Source of the DNA: Promethearchaeota archaeon
GTDB lineage: Archaea; Asgardarchaeota; Thorarchaeia; Thorarchaeales; Thorarchaeaceae
NCBI GenBank assembly: GCA_027031765.1
Contig: JALVPN010000050.1
Coordinates: forward strand, 1 to 17,494
Length of the DNA stretch: 17,494 nt
Direction of reading: 5' to 3'
The position numbers and the translations under genes are program-made. Under the pieces are notes generated by a model. The model searched no databases and had not been told where the DNA came from. It saw only the letters and a list, made by a program, of their open reading frames with translations. Shown in pieces: positions 1-7,381 of this stretch; the first letter of the stretch is position 1; each line of letters starts with the position of its first letter.

Positions 1-1
1 G

Positions 2-244
2 CGCCACTCTGGGAGTTGCGGTCGGCGCGGCAGCGGCCCGGGCATCTTCCACCTCTTTCACCACGCGCTCCACCTGGGAGGCAACCGCAAACAGATCCAA
101 ATTGTGGCCATGAATGAAATAGGGATCACACCCCATCACGCCCTGGGTGCCGGTGTTTCCCCACATGTCTACATAGATCGCCGGATCCGCGATCTCGAAC
201 GCCACATTGGGGCTGATCGCATCCAGCGAGTAGAGCGCGATGAT
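2..244 (-). CDS. Partial minus-strand coding fragment of unknown function; runs off the left edge, 5' end not identifiable; possibly from a different source than the rest of the window
   Basis: The minus frame in register with the ABC frame reads IIALYSLDAISPNVAFEIADPAIYVDMWGNTGTQGVMGCDPYFIHGHNLDLFAVASQVERVVKEVEDARAAAAPTATPRVA with no stop, G/C-ending codons and a PTATP-type linker. The plus-strand reading of the same bases (RHSGSCGRRGSGPGIFHLFHHALHLGG...) looks like an antisense shadow. Confidence 0.45.
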   Translation of the reverse strand, partial: MIALYSLDAISPNVAFEIADPAIYVDMWGNTGTQGVMGCDPYFIHGHNLDLFAVASQVERVVKEVEDARAAAAPTATPRVA

Positions 245-1102
245 GTCGTAAGGATCTACGTGTCCGGGGACATAAAGGTACAGGCCCTCCGGGGGTTCTC
301 TCTCAAGGTGAGGGAGAACGAGTTCCTCGCCATAATGGGGCCCTCGGGGAGCGGGAAGACGACGCTCCTGAACCTGATTGGGGGCATCGACGAGCCCACG
401 GCAGGCAGGATAGTCGTGGGCGGCATCGACCTGGCAGGCATGACCGAGGAGGAGAGGGACTCTTTCAGGCTCCGGGAGGTGGGTTACGTCTTCCAGACCC
501 TGAACCTCATCTCCGGACTGAATGCGAAGGAGAACATTGAGCTCCCCCTTGTGGCCGCCGGTGCGGACCACGACACTGTGGCCTCGCGGGCCTCAGAACT
601 ACTGGAGATAGTCGGGCTCGAACACCGGGCAGTGCACATGCCGTGGGAGCTGAGTGGTGGCGAACGTCAGCGCCTGGCAATTGCGATGGCCCTCGCCAAC
701 GACCCCTGGCTCATACTTGCGGACGAGCCGACGGGTGACCTCGACCAGGAGAACGCAAGGACGGTCGTGGCCTACCTGCGGAAGTGTGTGGACGAGATGG
801 GGAAGACCGTCATAATGGTCACGCATGACCCGACAATGGCGAGGTATGCAGACCGGATATGTCTCATAGCCGATGGGAGGGCCGTGTCGGTGTTCACGCC
901 TGCCGGATCCCCAGACCTCGAGTCGGGCACGTACGACTTTCATCTGAGGAGGCGGCTGTCCGAAATAGATGACGAGCTGGCGGCACTTGAGGACAGGGTC
1001 AAGCAGGGTGCTATCCGGGGGCCCGAATATGCTGAGAAATATGCCACGCTGGTGCGGACCCGTGACGTGCTCACCGAAGAGCTCCACCGACTCGGTCACT
1101 AG
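104..1102 (+). CDS. ABC transporter ATP-binding protein, LolD/MacB/FtsE family, with a C-terminal helical extension; true 5' end uncertain (family similarity starts near nt 230-245)
   Basis: Walker A GPSGSGKT, Q-loop GYVFQTLNL, signature LSGGERQR, Walker B/D-loop LILADEPTGDLD, H-loop VTHD, and the family-typical N-terminal DVVRIY...VQALRG. Lies directly upstream of an FtsX-type permease. Confidence 0.93.
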   Translation: MAMNEIGITPHHALGAGVSPHVYIDRRIRDLERHIGADRIQRVERDDVVRIYVSGDIKVQALRGFSLKVRENEFLAIMGPSGSGKTTLLNLIGGIDEPTAGRIVVGGIDLAGMTEEERDSFRLREVGYVFQTLNLISGLNAKENIELPLVAAGADHDTVASRASELLEIVGLEHRAVHMPWELSGGERQRLAIAMALANDPWLILADEPTGDLDQENARTVVAYLRKCVDEMGKTVIMVTHDPTMARYADRICLIADGRAVSVFTPAGSPDLESGTYDFHLRRRLSEIDDELAALEDRVKQGAIRGPEYAEKYATLVRTRDVLTEELHRLGH

Positions 1103-1162
1103 TGGTGGCAAGATGTCTGGACCAGGCCGCGACACGTCGATGGCCAGGAAGGAGGCGTGGCT

Positions 1163-3907
1163 GTGAGGAAGACCGTCCTAGTCATGAAAGCCCTGCTGAG
1201 CAACAGGCGCCTCTTGGGAGTCCTCCTGCTCCTCCCGCTGTTGGTCGCCACGACACTCGTACTCATCGAGGACACCGTCACGGCTGCCACCAGCCCACTG
1301 CTCGAAGAGAGCGTAGAGGAGCTGCCAGCCGTGATATCGGTACAGTTCTCTTCCGCCCAGAACCCCCATCTGCCTACCATTGAGAACCTCAGTCCACTCG
1401 TTGAGAGCGTTGCAGCGCTCCCACAGGTCAGCCATGTCGAACCGGTCGTGACCTACGGGTTCACACTGAGCTCTGAAGACTGGGTGTGCCTGGGTGTCCG
1501 CAATGACTCCGTCCTGTGGGATGATGTCCAGGCCCTGACGGGGAGAGGGGGACCCCATGGGAACGAGTGCGTGGTCGCATACACGGGTTCCGCACGGGCC
1601 CGGGCCGGCCCTGGTGACGAGCTGGTACTCGTACTGCCCTTCGCACAGCCGAGCCAAGGTGGGCCTATCATGCCGCGCGAGATAGACGTTGTTGGTATGG
1701 GGGTCTGGATGGGCAACACGGTAGTCACCGCTGGCGGGACTGACAGGTCACCTCCTGATGTAGTAGTGCTACTGGACCTGGAGTCCTTCTGGAGCGACAT
1801 CCTCAACAACTGTGCACAGGGGCCGCCAATGCCAGGTGGACAGTCAATCATCGTCCAGCTGTTCGTGTCGGTCAACACATCCGTGTTGGAGCAGCCCGTG
1901 AGCACGCAGGCACTCAGAGAGGCCGTCCTTTCACTTGAGAACCAGGTCCTTCAGAGAGTCCCCGCCCCCTTCCAGGCCCAGGTCGTCTCGCCTGTCGAGG
2001 ACGCCATCAAGGACGTCGAGGCGGCTGTTGCAGCCACCAGGACATGGGCACTGGCGCAGGCCGTGCCGGTGCTGGTGCTCATCATCGTCCTCGTCCAGGT
2101 GCTCGGTGATACGATGGCTACCAGCTGGTCGAAAGAACTCGCACTGCTGCGGATAAGGGGAGTCGAGCGTCGTGGACTTGGCCGCGCGGTCGTCTTCGAG
2201 GCCATCGTGCTGGGGTGCATCAGCGGACTTGCTGCTGCCTGCATCTCCAGACTCATAGTCGCCTCTCAACTGGGAGTGCCACTCTATGGCGACCTGCTGC
2301 GCTCACTGCTGATAGGGGTGATTGTAGGTGGTGTCACATCTGCTGTCCAGGGCACTGTTGTCATCCTGAGAGTGCCAGCGCTTCGGATGACAAGCACTTC
2401 GAGGGATGAGATGGTAGGGCAGGTCGTTGCCCGACGCAAGGGCTCACAGCACACCATGGTAGCTTGGGTGTTCATAGCCCTCGGGTTGTACAAAGCGGCT
2501 GCATGGGCAGCTGGCGTGAACGTGCCGCAGTGGGCATACAGTGGCGTATGGCCGGTGGCAGTCACGCTCCTCAGGTTCCTCTGGCTCGGGATTGATATGG
2601 GAGTGGACGTGGTATGTCCAGTGCTCCTCATGGTGGGTCTGGCACTCCTCCTCGCCGAGTCAGGCCATCTTGAGCGCATCAGGGAATGGTCCGGCCCCAT
2701 TCCGCGAGGCCTCAACCGGCCCACATCTCCCAGACGGCGGCGCCGCAACACGACTCAGAGGTGGGTGCTCGTAGCCCTGTTCCTGATTGTGGGCTCCATC
2801 TCGTGGACGCTGCTCGTCACTTCCTCTGAGGGACACTACGCACTAGACGAGGTCAGGTATCAGGTCGGTTCCGACATGAACATAATGGTGCCCTACACTT
2901 CCAACAGCTCAAGGATTGCTGGCGCAGTCGAGGAGATAGCCGGTGTGCGGGCTACGACGACCGTTATGAGCTGTGTGGGCACTGTAGGCTCGAGGCAGAC
3001 ACGGATCCTCGCAGTTGACCCCTCTGAGTGGCCTGCAACAGCATACTACGAGGCCCGCTGGTTCATACCATCGGTGACGCAGGCGGTCACTGAAGGACTG
3101 TCGGAAAATGAGTCAATCGTCCTCGAACGCAGAGTGGCCACAATGATACACCGCGGCGTCGGGGACAGGATATCTGTCAAGATTGGCGGGGTCACTGTCA
3201 ACCTGACCATAGTGGGACTCTTCGGGCCCGCGCTGCAGAGCCGGACGGGCATAGGGGGACTGCTCGCCTTCAGGTCACCTGAGTTTGGCCCACCGCCACC
3301 TGATGACAGCAGCGAAGGGCAGGGAACATCCCAGTCATTCTCACTCGTGAGCATCTCGCTGTTCCGTGACCTCAACATTACCATGCCGTTCTCCAACATC
3401 CTGGTCAGGCTGGACGAGCAGTCACAGGCGGACAACGTGACCACGATGGTGGAAGGGCTTGGCGAGTCCATATGTGCCGTCCACACCCTCAAAGACCAGG
3501 GTCTCAACGTAGAGTCACTGGCCAGAGTCCAGACAGCGCGGCTCCTCTTTGGAGGGGCGCTCGTCCTGTCCGTGTTCGGCACCGCAGGAGTGGTCCTGCT
3601 AGTCCTACAGGACCTGCGGCAAGACCTTGAACTGCTGTCACTCCGCGGCATGCCAATTGGCACGCGCCAGAAACTGGTACTGCGCGAGATAGGGGCGACA
3701 CTACTGGTAGCACCAGTGGCGGCAGCCGTGAGCTACCTGTGTCTTGCCTTCAAGTCAGAGTACGAGTTCCACTGGACAACTACACTCGCTGTGCATACTG
3801 TGGAGGACCTGCTGCCCATTCTGGTAGTGAGCGTCACCCTCCTGCTCGCCGTGCTCGTCGTCCTCTTCTGGCTGGTGTCACGGGTCCGGTACCGGCCACC
3901 GACTTGA
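1163..3907 (+). CDS. FtsX/MacB-family ABC transporter permease, large two-lobed type (~915 aa)
   Basis: N-terminal TM helix, two extracytoplasmic domains and two FtsX-like TM blocks with the coupling motif (SKELALLRIRGVERRGLGRAVVFEAIVLG and QDLELLSLRGMPIGTRQKLVLREIGATLL). GGAGG at 1151-1155 is better spaced for GTG 1163 than for GTG 1157 (the ORF-track start). Confidence 0.88.
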   Translation: MRKTVLVMKALLSNRRLLGVLLLLPLLVATTLVLIEDTVTAATSPLLEESVEELPAVISVQFSSAQNPHLPTIENLSPLVESVAALPQVSHVEPVVTYGFTLSSEDWVCLGVRNDSVLWDDVQALTGRGGPHGNECVVAYTGSARARAGPGDELVLVLPFAQPSQGGPIMPREIDVVGMGVWMGNTVVTAGGTDRSPPDVVVLLDLESFWSDILNNCAQGPPMPGGQSIIVQLFVSVNTSVLEQPVSTQALREAVLSLENQVLQRVPAPFQAQVVSPVEDAIKDVEAAVAATRTWALAQAVPVLVLIIVLVQVLGDTMATSWSKELALLRIRGVERRGLGRAVVFEAIVLGCISGLAAACISRLIVASQLGVPLYGDLLRSLLIGVIVGGVTSAVQGTVVILRVPALRMTSTSRDEMVGQVVARRKGSQHTMVAWVFIALGLYKAAAWAAGVNVPQWAYSGVWPVAVTLLRFLWLGIDMGVDVVCPVLLMVGLALLLAESGHLERIREWSGPIPRGLNRPTSPRRRRRNTTQRWVLVALFLIVGSISWTLLVTSSEGHYALDEVRYQVGSDMNIMVPYTSNSSRIAGAVEEIAGVRATTTVMSCVGTVGSRQTRILAVDPSEWPATAYYEARWFIPSVTQAVTEGLSENESIVLERRVATMIHRGVGDRISVKIGGVTVNLTIVGLFGPALQSRTGIGGLLAFRSPEFGPPPPDDSSEGQGTSQSFSLVSISLFRDLNITMPFSNILVRLDEQSQADNVTTMVEGLGESICAVHTLKDQGLNVESLARVQTARLLFGGALVLSVFGTAGVVLLVLQDLRQDLELLSLRGMPIGTRQKLVLREIGATLLVAPVAAAVSYLCLAFKSEYEFHWTTTLAVHTVEDLLPILVVSVTLLLAVLVVLFWLVSRVRYRPPT

Positions 3908-4103
3908 AGGTACCGGCACAACTGGTGTCTGCGCTGCTATGCCGGTTCAGTAAACACATGGGGACTGGGAACGCTCCAGACAGGTGCAGGGCCATTCGGT
4001 CGAGGCCGGACTGGGACTTGCCACCTAGTCCCGAGCAATACCTTCGCCGACGCAAGAACTGGCAAGAGCAGTGCCTGCTGTCAAACAAAGCGCAGTAGTA
4101 GAT

Positions 4104-4138
4104 GAAAGGCGGCCGACTTGGTACCGAACGAGCCTTTC
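4104..4138. terminator. Imperfect hairpin in the convergent intergenic region; possible terminator or 3'-end structure
   Basis: GAAAGGC (4104-4110) pairs with GCCTTTC (4132-4138) around an inner TTGGTACCGA element, followed by a pyrimidine-rich run. Confidence 0.3.
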
Positions 4139-4373
4139 TCTCCAGTCCTATCATTGTCGTGACTCCCCTGTCCCCACTCCAACACACAGGAAATGTTTCC
4201 CTGCTCCCAGACTATGCCTTGGCTCAGGTCTGACGGACTAACTCTACTATAGAGAGCAGGTGCCGTTACCAGGAACCAAGACCGATGCAGGAGGTAGCCC
4301 CACTGTCAAGTAGGTGGTCTCTCGTCTATAGTGGGACGCACAGACAGGCGGGCCCGCTGGCCCGCAACGCATC

Positions 4374-4739
4374 TTAGAGGTTGAGGGTGGTCTTGATGTC
4401 AGCGTCGGTAGGGATGTTGAATACCTCTACGAACACCCTGTCAGCGAACTCTGCTGCAGCACGGGTGTCCTTGGCACCGAACACGAACTGGAAGGATGGG
4501 GCCTCGGCCTTCGGGCTATCTGTGGCAGCAGGCCCAGCAATCGCATGCAGACGCGCCCTCTCGGTGCCTGACAGCTGTACAAGTGGGATATCACAGATCA
4601 GGGAGTTGCCAACAAGTGCGAACTGCACGAACTTGCCGGTCGTCCTGTCCTCGAATATCGCAAAAGACCCCTGGAGGTTGCCCTCCTCCACGAGCCTCCG
4701 CAGGCCCTGTGCAACTATATCGACAGTCTTGTCAGTCAT
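4374..4739 (-). CDS. Small hypothetical protein (121 aa), possibly TY-Chap/YbjN (T3SS-chaperone-like) fold
   Basis: ATG at 4739 is preceded by GGAGAGACCGGAGA. The sequence MTDKTVDIV...SFAIFEDRTTGKFVQFALVGNSLICDIP...AAAEFADRVFVEVFNIP is natural-looking. The upstream 63 codons of the track ORF (to 4928) are Cys/His/Arg-rich and look non-coding. The fold call rests on remembered motif resemblance only. Confidence 0.72.
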   Translation of the reverse strand: MTDKTVDIVAQGLRRLVEEGNLQGSFAIFEDRTTGKFVQFALVGNSLICDIPLVQLSGTERARLHAIAGPAATDSPKAEAPSFQFVFGAKDTRAAAEFADRVFVEVFNIPTDADIKTTLNL

Positions 4740-5212
4740 TCTCCGGTCTCTCCGTCCGCGGCATGTGTGGAGCAGATGCATGCCAGACGGAGCCACGGGG
4801 GCCATGTGGACACGGTCAGCAACGCGACCATGCATGTACACCAGCAGCAGTCGTTGTCGTAGCATCGCCGGCACGGGGTGCAAGTGGCACTGCTCAGAAC
4901 AGCGCCGCGGCAAGATGCATGACGCCACCTCCAGATATGTGACTTTTGGTGACCAGACGGGTGGTCGGTCCTGTATGTTGGTCTGGCATGCGATACCGGC
5001 CCTATGACTGTCGTGGGCCTCTCCAACTACACGTACATCGGAGCCCTCGGGCCCACCGGGGAAACACGGGCAGGGGTGCCGGCCATCCAGCCAGATGACC
5101 GCCTGTGTCCGTTACGTCCCTACACAGGACTGTCCACCGCTGCACATGTCCCACGCTCGGGTCAATGTCAATGTACTGGCCGGCCGCAGTCCGGGGACGG
5201 GAATGGCATGAC

Positions 5213-5220
5213 ATATATAG
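5213..5220 (+). promoter_or_regulatory. Putative archaeal TATA box for the DHH/CARF-like operon
   Basis: ATATATAG stands out in a GC-rich intergenic region and lies ~50 nt upstream of ATG 5271, with purine-rich GGAG/GGTG elements in between. Confidence 0.4.
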
Positions 5221-5270
5221 ATGGACGCACATAGCCGGTCTAGTGGTAGGCTGGAGTTGGAAGAAGGTGG

Positions 5271-6245
5271 ATGGAGAAGTTGAGCGTTCTTGACAGGTTT
5301 GTGCGGCAGACCGGCGAGCTCCGGATAGTAAGTGATGGTGATATGGACGGAATATTTGCTACCGGGCTCCTGTTGCGGTACGCAGATGCGGTGGGTGTGC
5401 CCGCAACCGCGGAGTTCCCGCCGCCCGCCAAACTCGACGGTCTGCAGGTACACGACGCACTCGTCATCGAGCTACCGACGACGAAGGGCGTCAGATACGT
5501 GGGCGATGTCCTGCTAATAGACCACCATAACAATGCGCCCCATGTCCAGTGGCTCCGTGGGCGTGACTGCCTCATGTCAGTCTCGTTCGAGGGGGTGCGT
5601 GCGGCATCTGACATAGTGGTCGCGCTGAAACCTGACGTCCTACCTGACACACCTCTCGGAAGGGCATTGCTCGACGCGGTGGCCGACTTGGATCAGGGGC
5701 TACACGAGTCTCAGCTGGCAGTTGACCTTCACCACGCCTATGCACTCGACATAGAGGACGCGGAGATGCGTACGAGAGTGGCAATGTGGGTCAGGGAAGG
5801 GGCGTGGGAAGAAGTCGTGGGCTGGGTGAGAGAGGCAAGAGAGAGGTGGCGACATGTAGAGGGCGCAGTCGGAGAGATGGTAGCCTCTTGCCAGGAGCTC
5901 CTCCCCGGCGTCGTCTGGTTCCTGTACTCCAAAGTAGGTGATAGAAGAGTCGCAATGCGTCAGGCCATGCTCACCCTTGAGGAAACTCATCCAGTAGTGA
6001 TTGCGCTGCAGCAGGAAGAGGACGGTACAGTTTCGAAGGCGAGTTTCGGCACCAAGAGGAGTGATATCAACCTGCTCCCACTGTTCGAAACACTAAGGGA
6101 TATCGACGGTGTCACGAGCGGCGGACGCGAGAGAGTTGGAGGCGCAGCCTTTCCGCCAGGTCTTCGTGCACAGGACATCTTGGAAATTGTCCGTGCTGCT
6201 ATTGAACGAACCGGGATTGGAATCCGCGGGGGTGACGCGCCCTGA
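5271..6245 (+). CDS. DHH-family phosphoesterase with DHHA1-like C-terminal domain (NrnA/RecJ/GdpP superfamily)
   Basis: Motif I IVSDGDMDGIFA (DxDG), motif III LLIDHH, helical D-x-x-D region (AVADLDQG) and a C-terminal glycine-rich SGGRERVGGAAF matching the DHHA1 GGGHxxAAG region. Confidence 0.85.
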   Translation: MEKLSVLDRFVRQTGELRIVSDGDMDGIFATGLLLRYADAVGVPATAEFPPPAKLDGLQVHDALVIELPTTKGVRYVGDVLLIDHHNNAPHVQWLRGRDCLMSVSFEGVRAASDIVVALKPDVLPDTPLGRALLDAVADLDQGLHESQLAVDLHHAYALDIEDAEMRTRVAMWVREGAWEEVVGWVREARERWRHVEGAVGEMVASCQELLPGVVWFLYSKVGDRRVAMRQAMLTLEETHPVVIALQQEEDGTVSKASFGTKRSDINLLPLFETLRDIDGVTSGGRERVGGAAFPPGLRAQDILEIVRAAIERTGIGIRGGDAP

Positions 6246-7381
6246 GCCCGCCAAGAAGAGGAGGTGCCCCGGACAGTGCTGGCACGGATAGAACCCCGTC
6301 ACCCACGAGATACGAGTTCCAGAGCTTCGAGATTGCAGACATCTTCCTGAGCACCCGGCTTGCAGACCTCTTAGAAGTGGACCATATCGAACTGGAACGT
6401 CCCGCCAACGGGCCGGACATCTATGTACGCATCACTGAGAAGAAGGCATCCTCCAGCAAACTGAAAGATGACTGCATGAAAATCCGGAGTACTGCTGCAC
6501 GATACTTCATGCGACCTTTCTCGGTATACTACGAGGAGGGAGCAGAAACTCCGGATCTTGCTGTGATGCTGAGGGGATGTATTCCGGAACTGGAGGTCTT
6601 CCTGAACTTCCTGACTGCATGTGCAGAGATAGAGGTACTTGAGAAGCATGCCAGAGAGGTGTACTGCACCTTGGAACGTGTGCTCCATAGCGGCATTGGC
6701 AGTGAGGGCAGGAACTCCCTCCTGAAGGCCTCGCTGGAAACGCTACGGTATAAGGCCGGATGGCTTGCAGGCGTCCTGACGCAGACGACCACCTGCACTG
6801 AGACCTCGGCCCGAGTAAGGCCTCCAGGACAGAAGAAGGACAGAGAGGAGTGGATACTACGCGAGCTCGGAGTACCGCCGCCTGAGGACGCGAGGTACAG
6901 AGCAGTCCTCCTCGCAGTTGGTACCATGGATGAAACTCAGCGCAACGCGACTGCAAAGGCCCTGCGCCTAGCCCACGACCGGCCTCAATTCCGGGAGTGC
7001 AGGATGGTCGGAGTCATATGTACCAGAGATAGCAGCGCGACCGCTGAAGAGCTCAGACGCGAACTGGAAGAGAGGTGGCAGCAGGAGCACCAGCTAGAGG
7101 TGTTCAAGGTGCTGCAAGAGTGGAAGGGAGACCTGTCAGATGATATCGAAAAGGTCTGTGACGAGAGTATGAACCCCGTGGCCCTGATTGTGACAATGTA
7201 TCCGCGCTCGCTTATCGACCGTCTGGTCGACTGGTGCCACGGAGCTCGCCTAGATGGCGACCTGTTCTGCGCTGAGGTCATCTCTATATCGACAAGATGC
7301 AGGAAGACCCTGGAGGACACCCACAGTATCGTCCACTATGTTGGCCCAATGAATGACTTCTGGAGTGGGAGCAACCGATGA
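6242..7381 (+). CDS. Hypothetical protein with an unknown N-terminal domain and a C-terminal CARF-like Rossmann domain; probable CTG start at 6242 (379 aa; track ORF starts at GTG 6377)
   Basis: The frame is open from 6236, with GGGGGTGA at 6228-6235 six nt before CTG 6242, which overlaps the DHH stop by 4 nt. The C-terminal region 6896-7342 shows CARF-like spacing: AVLLAVGT, helix, MVGVICTRDSSATAEELRREL, VALIVTMYPRSLIDRL, LFCAEV. Confidence 0.75.
   Translation: MSPPRRGGAPDSAGTDRTPSPTRYEFQSFEIADIFLSTRLADLLEVDHIELERPANGPDIYVRITEKKASSSKLKDDCMKIRSTAARYFMRPFSVYYEEGAETPDLAVMLRGCIPELEVFLNFLTACAEIEVLEKHAREVYCTLERVLHSGIGSEGRNSLLKASLETLRYKAGWLAGVLTQTTTCTETSARVRPPGQKKDREEWILRELGVPPPEDARYRAVLLAVGTMDETQRNATAKALRLAHDRPQFRECRMVGVICTRDSSATAEELRRELEERWQQEHQLEVFKVLQEWKGDLSDDIEKVCDESMNPVALIVTMYPRSLIDRLVDWCHGARLDGDLFCAEVISISTRCRKTLEDTHSIVHYVGPMNDFWSGSNR

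Noticed and set aside
1112-1166. Short ORF MSGPGRDTSMARKEAWL as a frameshifted N-terminus of the permease
   Set aside because: The permease has its own well-spaced SD and GTG start, and no slippery sequence is evident.
4740-4928. N-terminal extension of the small minus-strand ORF in the track (184 aa version)
   Set aside because: The extension has non-protein-like composition, and an SD-like GGAGA sits before the internal ATG 4739.
4381-5007. 208-aa plus-strand ORF and the many other overlapping track ORFs (for example 599-1135, 3046-3663, 9645-10205, 12330-12947, 16081-16743)
   Set aside because: These are antisense or alternate-frame shadows of real genes, common in high-GC DNA, with Ser/Arg/Pro-rich or mirror-image composition and no motifs.
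5004-5234. 76-aa ORF in the divergent spacer
   Set aside because: No SD, no motif, and it overlaps the putative TATA box of the downstream operon.
3908-5270. tRNA, SRP or RNase P RNA in the long intergenic regions
   Set aside because: No T-loop GTTCRA with cloverleaf, SRP helix-8 motif or RNase P GGAAAGTCC signature was found on either strand.
6413-6445. PD-(D/E)xK-like string PDIYVRITEKK in gene 2
   Set aside because: The spacing between PD and ExK is too short for the usual beta-hairpin, and no other supporting motif was seen.
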